Source of the DNA: Octopus vulgaris
Taxonomy: Eukaryota
Direction: 5' to 3'
Assembly: GCA_951406725.2 (NCBI GenBank)
Contig: OX597821.1
Coordinates: 64,790,001-64,854,000 of the forward strand
DNA: 64,000 nt
How positions within the stretch are numbered: the stretch's first letter is position 1; each line of letters opens with the position of its first letter. A program made the translations under genes and the position numbers. Under the pieces are notes generated by a model. The model was not told where the DNA came from. It did not search any database and was given only the letters and a program-made list of their open reading frames with translations. This document shows, one piece after another, positions 56,150 to 64,000 of the stretch.

Positions 56150-56968
56150 CATACAGGTATTGGCAGAGATAAAGGAAAGAGACGAATCGATAAAAAGACA
56201 GACGGAGAAATAGGTAGATACAAACATACATATATATATATAAATGTAGGTATTCATATATAAATACGCATTTCGCACATACACATGTACATACATACAT
56301 ACATACATACATACATAAATACATATATATATATGTATATATACACACATACATATATATAGGTATATATATATAAGACACACACATATATATATATATG
56401 CATTATGTGCATATATATATAAATATATGTATATATATATATATGTACAACCGTGTGTGTATACATCTACATATATACATATATAAATATATATATATAT
56501 ATACATGTACGCATACATCTATATATTGTATATGTATATATATGAGTGTATTAGGTATATGCGTTATATATATATATATAACAGTAAGAATAGGCGGAAA
56601 TAGAAGTATGTGTGAATGTGTGCGCGCGTCTGTGTCTGTGTGCATGTATGATTATATGTATGGATGGGTGGATGGATTTGCGTTTGTATATGTGTATGTA
56701 TAAAACAGAAAAGAGCTGAGTGAAGGCGGAGAGAGTAATGTATGTGTGTACGTGCTTGAGTGTACGTGTGTGCGTGTACATACATGTATGTGTGTGTGTG
56801 TGTGTGTGTGTGTTGTGTGTTTATGTTTGTGGTTGTGTAAGCGTGACAGAAGGTATAGGAGGAAGTGGAAACATAGTCAAACTACAGTTTCTATTCTGGT
56901 TCAACAGTTTCTCTAATGGAACATTTACTGACTTACTGAATCCATTATGTGTTTCATTGGTCCTCACT
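55770..56968. repeat. Imperfect duplication of unique segment gtaagcgtgacagaagg...cattggtcctcac (55852-55982 and 56837-56967)
   Basis: Sequence read twice about 985 bp apart. Confidence 0.85.
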
Positions 56969-57512
56969 TCTTGAATTTAGTTATCTTTTAGCAGTTTGCT
57001 CCTGCAGTAAAACACGGCTTAAAAGCTCGCTAATCTAATAGCATTTTTGGAATTCTTTGAAGTCGTAAGGCCTCTATTATAGATCGCTACTTACCATTTC
57101 AACACTAGCTTTCATTGAAAAGGCTCTCTATCGTATAAACACAGGACACACACAAAACGGTCCTTGTTTCTTTTTGTTACATATATACAAATTTGTACAT
57201 GCATACATACATACATACATACATACATACATAAATACATATATATATATGTATATATACACACATACATATATATATGCATATATATATTTAGGTATAT
57301 ATATATATATATATGTATGTATATACATATATATATATATATATAAACATATGTGTGGCCTATATAATAAACATACGTGTTTTGTGTGTTGCATACATCT
57401 ACATATATACATATATAAATATATATATATATACATTCTACTCTCTCTCTCTAATACACCCTCCAAACACACACACAGACACACATGTGTGTACTAGTGT
57501 CTAAACATATGG

Positions 57513-57553
<41 letters not shown>

Positions 57554-57712
57554 CATTCACACACATAAATATATATATATATAACATATATATATATATA
57601 TATATATATACGTATACATTCATGCAAACACACGCATCTAGTGAAATCATAAATACGTACTAGTGCATGTGAAGAAATGTACAAAAAAAAAACTTTGTGT
57701 GTGTGTAGGTGC

Positions 57713-57762
<50 letters not shown>

Positions 57763-57764
<2 letters not shown>

Positions 57765-58200
57765 GTTCATCTGGGACTCCCAACAAGAAGAGATCCAGTT
57801 TAGTTTTAAAGAAACCCACATCCACACCATGTAAGTCTCTCAGGCATTTAGGGAGGATGTTAAAGAGCTGTGGTCCTCTGAAACCCAAGCTGTTGCAGTA
57901 TCTGGACCTGTATTTTGATGGTGATGTTGGAATCCTTGGCACCATGCAGCGGCGCCCGTTCTGCGGTTGGAGTAACTTTGAATGCCAAAGTTTGGGACAA
58001 GACCCTCCAGGATTTTCCAGATGTATATCACTGCATATCTCTCCCGCCTCCGCTCCAGGGAGAAGAGGTTTAATACCTTCAGTCTTTCCCAGTAGCTGAC
58101 ATTTTGCATTGAGACGATTTTCTTTGTGTAGCTTCTCTGAGTTGCTTGAGTTCTGCTGTTTGTTTTATATTGTGTGGTGACCAAACACAGGCGCTCAAGC
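57763..58200 (-). pseudogene. CR1-clade LINE ORF2 3' fragment
   Basis: SYWERLKVLNLFSLERRRERYAVIYIWKILEGLVPNFG and CNSLGFRGPQLFNILPKCLRDLHGVDVGFFKTKLDLFLLGVPDEP; homologous to 14450-14780. Confidence 0.88.
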
Positions 58201-58539
58201 ACACATATCTATACATGTTTGAATGAATAAATGAATGCATGAAGGTAGATATGACTGTGTCATTATACACATACACACACACACACACGCATATATATAT
58301 GCATATATATATTTAGGTATATATATATATATATATGTATGTATATACATATATATACATGTATATATAAACATGTGTGTGGCCTTTAACAATAAACATA
58401 CGAACATTTTCATCCGTTGCATACACCGTCACACGCAAGAACATTCAATCTCACATTCTTTCTGTCTCTCTCTCTCTCTAATACACCCTCCAAACACACA
58501 CACAGACACACATGTGTGTACTAGTGTCTAAACATATGG

Positions 58540-58584
<45 letters not shown>

Positions 58585-58598
58585 CATTCACACACATA

Positions 58599-58706
<108 letters not shown>

Positions 58707-59411
58707 CACTCACACAGACACACGGGTGTTTCTCGACTCACACGCAGTAGGTCAGATAATCTTACTTGATCATGAAAACACATCACAATCAACACAACCC
58801 AATTCACAATTCACGCACATAACATTGAACACACGAATAGCCATTCCGACGCAAATATTCCACCACACACTCGCATATCGTAGGCACACATATACTCACA
58901 AGTACATGCAATGAATTAGCCATTTTTACATTTCTAAATGGTCGTGTAATTCAAGAGAGAATCGGAAGAAATTTGATGGAAGAATCGAAAAATGGTGGAT
59001 CGTTGATGTAAAATCCATTCTGTTGCATGTGTATCTGAAGGATTTTTGTGTGTGTATGTGTGTATGTGTATGTGTGTATGTGTATGTGTGTATGTATGAG
59101 TGTATGTGCGCTGTTTATATGAGAGTGTATTTTATGATAACTTAGTTTTACGAAATGGACCTCTGTAATGAAAACCTTTGTTATTTTTTATATCTTGTTC
59201 CACTCCCACACAAGCATCCTATCTATGTACCCCGTTCTGGTTTCTTTTCACGATCTACATCAGGTTGGAAAATACCAATTATAATATGAATACTCACGAC
59301 ATACACATATATACAAGCATACCAATAGGTATTTATATATATATGAATACATACGTATATATACTTCCACACATCCAAGCATATATATGTTTATATATGT
59401 ATATATGTATT

Positions 59412-59453
<42 letters not shown>

Positions 59454-59457
<4 letters not shown>

Positions 59458-59630
59458 AGAGGACTGACCACTAAAAGTGGACAGTCTATATGTTAGATAT
59501 AGATGTCAAATTCGCTATTTTCCACGAAGAATGTGTTCTCAAGAAAAAAAACCAGCTGAGGTTTTTCTTGAGAACACATTCTTCGTGGAAAATAGCGATT
59601 TGACCACTTTTAGTGGTCAGTCCTCTAAAT
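59454..59630. repeat. Long fold-back palindrome
   Basis: atttagaggactgaccactaaaagtgg / ccacttttagtggtcagtcctctaaat and cgctattttccacgaagaatgtgttctcaagaaaaa / tttttcttgagaacacattcttcgtggaaaatagcg, centred on cagctg 59553-59558. Confidence 0.95.
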
Positions 59631-59756
59631 ATTGTATGTAAAAAAAATTTTAATCTTCGGATTTTTTAAAATATGCTAGGCCACTGGTTTTAATTGATTA
59701 ATATCAATTTCTAGCCTTATTTCATTTCAAATACATATATACATGTATATATGCAT

Positions 59757-59848
<92 letters not shown>

Positions 59849-59850
59849 GT

Positions 59851-60220
59851 ACAGGTGTGGCTGTGTGGTAAGTAGCTTGGGTACCGTGGGCGTGTCACCT
59901 TGGACAAGTGTCTTCTACTATAGCATGGGTCCGACCAAAGCTCTGTTAGTGGATTTGGTAGAGGGAAACTGAAAGAAGCCTTTCGTCTATATATGTGTGT
60001 GTATGTGTGTGTGTTTGTGTGTCAGTGTTTGTCCTCCCACCATCACTTGACAACCGAGGCTGGTGTGTTTACGTCCCCATGATATAGCAGTTCGGCAAAA
60101 AAGGTCGCTAGAATAAGTACTAGGCTTACAATGAGTAAATCTTCGGGTCGATTAGTTCGACTAAAGGCACCATAGTCGCAGTCAAGTTACTGAAACAAGT
60201 TATAGAAGAAAAGAATAAAA

Positions 60221-60222
<2 letters not shown>
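59851..60222 (+). mobile_element. SINE family A, near full length
   Basis: caggtgtggctgtgtggtaagtagcttg...ccttggacaagtgtcttctactatagc...tagaataagtactaggcttaca...aaagaataaaaga. Confidence 0.88.
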
Positions 60223-60276
<54 letters not shown>

Positions 60277-60293
60277 ATCTATCTATCTATCTA

Positions 60294-60336
<43 letters not shown>

Positions 60337-61532
60337 CAAATATTTTCCTTAAATTATATATATAAATTAATTATATAGACCACACATACACACACACATA
60401 TATATATAAGTATATATAAAATAATTATACATATATGTGTGTGTTTGTATATATATATGTGTGTGTGTGCGTGTGTGTGTGTGTACATACATACTTATCT
60501 ACAAGCATATACACATATACACACACGTCGCACTCACACACATATTACCGAAACTTTATCCTAAAATCGTTTCCCTTAAAATGCCATGTAGTTTCAAGCT
60601 TTACCATAACTGAACATAAATAAGAACAAATAAAATATAAATAAAATATATCAAGCCGAATGGACGACGAAATATTTCACTTAAAACTTCCTGATTTTAG
60701 ATAATTTAATGAAAATATTTTTCTTTCTGTGACCTACTTCTATAAAGCTATTCCAATGTGTGACCTATATCTCTAAATTTCTCACAGTCTATATGCTATA
60801 TATTCTTTGAATAAATATCAAAATGATGACAGAAGTTGATCGTCAACTTTTTTTCTATTTGCGGTAAGCAATTTTTATTTTAATGTCATATGTTACTGGT
60901 TAACTTATTTAAAACTTCTCTGGGGTGGTATCTTTCGATTTTGTTTGAATAGTGCATAGAAGGTTTACTCAATTTGAGCTTTAAAAGTCAATCTGAAAGT
61001 TCGATTCTGTTACTGGTCGTGGAAAAGAGAACGAAAATGCCGTTGTGGAAACTGAACTCAAAATAGTGAATTGGCTCTGTAACATCTAACCGTTTCTTAT
61101 TAAATACTGTTAGATCCTACATTGGTACTAAACCACAAAGATCAGGGGAAGGGTTTTATCATTAATATTACCATTAATATTTGAAATTGCTTGCTCATAT
61201 ACTGTGCTGCAGTGGGAGAAGGCATTTATAGGATTGAGTTGCTTTTTGCAGATCTGAAAAGAGCAAACCAGAGAAAGATTGCGGCGCATAGATCTGTGCA
61301 AGTGGGTTGTCAATTGTGACTCTCGGGATATCGGTAAAATGAAATGTCATCATTCAGTAAGTAAATTAACATCTCCGTACTGCAGTATGTTTTGTTTAAT
61401 CACTACATTTTGTACATTTGTAATCGCCCAATGCATTGAAATAGATAAATAACATGCGATGAGCGATATAATAAAAGTTGTATAATCCAGAACAGACAAT
61501 AGAACTATTGCTTATTTGCAAATGTTTCGATG

Positions 61533-61592
61533 AGCAGAGTGGCGGAGTGGAAAGGTGTTGGGGCAGTGACCCAGGTGTCCATAGGCTGGAAA
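61533..61592 (+). pseudogene. Truncated, degenerate initiator tRNA-Met pseudogene
   Basis: agcagagtggcggagtggaaaggtgttggggcagtgacccaggtgtcc aligns to the metazoan iMet 5' part AGCAGAGTGGCGCAG(C/T)GGAAGCGTGCTGGGCCCATAACCCAGAGGTC; anticodon loop mutated, 3' acceptor strand absent. Confidence 0.6.
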
Positions 61593-61656
61593 TATATATA
61601 GACCCTATTATGTGTTATTTATGAAACATAACTGAATTGTCTAAAAATACGCCAAC

Positions 61657-61888
61657 CTATTTCTTTACTACCCACAAGGGGCTACACACAGAGGGAACAA
61701 ACAAGGACAGACAAACGGATTAAGTCGATTATATCGAACCCAGTGCGTAACTGGTACTTATTTAATCGACCCCAAAAGGATGAAAGGCAAAGTCGACCTC
61801 GGTGGAATTTGAACTCAGAACGTAACGGCAGACGAAATACGGCTACGCATTTCGCCCGGCGTGCAACGTTTCGGCCAGCTCACCGCCT
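61657..61888 (-). mobile_element. SINE family B, full length
   Basis: ctatttctttactacccacaaggggctacacacagag...aaaggatgaaaggcaaagtcgacctcgg...ccagctcaccgcct. Confidence 0.9.
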
Positions 61889-62274
61889 AAAAAAATACAG
61901 CAACCATATACATGTATATATACTTCTACAGAGGTAGCTACAGATTCTATGAAATAAACATTTACAGTGGGTTACGGGTCACCAGCAGACTGGGATACAC
62001 CAATACCCGAAAAGCATGGTTGTTTGGACGCCATCAGGAACAGGACCTTTCTCTTTGTATAGTGGCTCTCAATACTACCCTTTGGAGTTCCATATAAAAC
62101 TTTTGGTTAAGATTTATGAGCAGCAAAATTATTACATATCTACACTACACCAAATATTTTTACAATTATTTTCTTTAAATACAATTCCTAATAATATTCA
62201 AAGAATCAAAGAAGCCCATAGTTTTAAAAAATGGTTGAGAACCACTAGCTTAGTACATATAATTGTTTGTTCCT

Positions 62275-62566
62275 CCTCGAGTCACGCCTGGCTCATTAGG
62301 GACGGTTTCCCGGTTTCCCTGGCGTATAGATTCCCCACCTGGACGGGACGCCGGTCCGTCGCAGGTGAGCTGCAAGATGCAGGCGGAAAGAGTGAGAGAA
62401 AGTTGCGGGGAAAGAGTCTCAGATGTTCGCCAATTACCTTCTGCCGGAGCCGCGTGGAGCTTAGGTGTTTCGGTCATAAACACACAGATCGCCCGGTCTG
62501 AGATTCGAATCCACGATCCCTCGACCGCGAGTCCTCTGCTCTAAACACTAGGCCACGTGCCTCCAC
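62275..62566 (-). mobile_element. SINE family C variant
   Basis: - strand gtggaggcacgtggcctagtgtttagagcagaggactcgcggtcgagggatcgtggattcgaatctcag (tRNA-like head); tail ggtttccctggcgtatagattccccacctggacggg shared with 12940-12975. Confidence 0.8.
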
Positions 62567-63497
62567 ATATAATAGTATCTATCTTATCGAAGTATAGAGA
62601 AAGATAGGCAAAGCCAACCGCCGAATGATTTGAAGACAAAAGTTCAATTGACACATTTACTAAATGTCAGACTATTTCTCCAGATAATCCTTTTTAGCAT
62701 TGGCGTAGTATCGCAAATTTTCTGAGACGGCATAATTGATAGTGTTGTCATTAGTTCTTAACTGATACTTTACTTATAACGGCTTTTATATTTATAAGTC
62801 GATAGATTAATCCATGTTGGTAGGATTTGATCTCAGAACATTAAGGGGCAAAGCATCATCATTTACACAAATCTTTCACTGTTGTTACCTATCCATAATA
62901 GTAACATGAAATAACCGTTATATAAATACTGATTTATTTTACGAAATAAGTTTATGCCAAGTGCCAACTGCCAAAAGGCATCTAACCAGCTGACAGTTAA
63001 ATAAAATCATTATAATACAATAGCCTATGCCTTTGGGGATTCGCCGTTCTTTAATTATTTACTCAGAAAAATGAGGAAAGCATAATAATGGCGCCTGTGG
63101 AAGATTTTTAAACATTACTTTGAAAAAGTTTCTATTCGACATTCCAGACTAGACATGTTTAACTGGTTAGAATCAGTGTGAAATAGCTTCCAGCAAATCA
63201 CTGTTATGTCAGCTACACATACTCACGCACAAAAAGTCAACGAGGAATTCTTTACGCAGTCGCTAACATTGTTTCCTAAAAATAGCAGCCACTGTTCTCT
63301 CGAATTCGAGTTTCATTCAAGTTTTCAACGGCTGAAATAATAGGACGGATACATTAGAGGATACACGTTTGTGTGAGCGCCGCGCATGCATGTATGCGAT
63401 TATGGAATATATGTGTGTACGTGTGAGTGTGTGTGTGCATATATATGGTATTTATATATACACACAAACACATATACATATATTTATATATATATAT

Positions 63498-63557
<60 letters not shown>

Positions 63558-63558
63558 G

Positions 63559-63628
<70 letters not shown>

Positions 63629-64000
63629 TTGTATGCATATACGTACGTATGTATATATATATATAAAGGAAAGGGATCTGAAAATAATATCCTTAGCGGC
63701 TAGTGTCATAGATTTGAACGAAATCACAGTACAAACGTACATACATTCACACACACACACCTACACACACACACACACACACAAACACTCACACACACAA
63801 AAACACTAACACACGCACATATACACACAAATACTGATGTTTATGTATATATATACTATATAGACAGTCATTCGAATAGTTAATTGAGTATTTTACCAAT
63901 TGCATAATCAATCAATCAATTAGTTAGGCTTGAATAGGCTTAAAGATAGAAAACATGGAGAGAGGAAAAAAATTGGGAGGAAACAATCGTAATATGGATG

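Noticed and set aside
56837-57010. - strand exon candidate (...[26 protein letters not shown]...) after ctgcag
   Set aside because: Stops in all three frames just after the acceptor; lies in the suspect duplicated block

Overview
AT-rich, microsatellite-saturated eukaryotic non-coding DNA. The repeat content, namely three tRNA-headed SINE families, Penelope-like elements (PLEs), CR1/RTE/Tx1 LINE debris, Tc1/mariner relics and very long (TA)n/(TATG)n/(TATC)n/triplet tracts, looks like a coleoid cephalopod (Octopus-type) genome; this is an inference and was not checked. I find no credible host protein-coding exon, and nearly all ORFs in the supplied track are microsatellite translation artefacts. 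The best candidate for a novel system is a ~3.6 kb element (16196-19810) bounded by ~340 bp inverted repeats. Each repeat carries a type I hammerhead ribozyme motif (intact on the - strand at 16280-16330), and the interior is non-coding degenerate microsatellite, so it resembles a non-autonomous Penelope/retrozyme-like element. Several other PLE terminal repeats with minimal hammerhead variants, a GIY-YIG relic and a PLE linker fragment lie nearby. Other notable items: an intron-containing Tc1 transposase, a 177-bp fold-back palindrome, a 24-bp minisatellite with a 167-bp higher-order repeat, an (AAT)n-targeted retroposon, an RTE fragment with an inverted junction, a triple C2H2 LINE tail and an initiator-tRNA pseudogene. 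A mosaic duplicated block at about 50.7-58.7 kb is probably an assembly-consensus artefact. Repeat boundaries were read by eye and are approximate unless a TIR/TSD is quoted.
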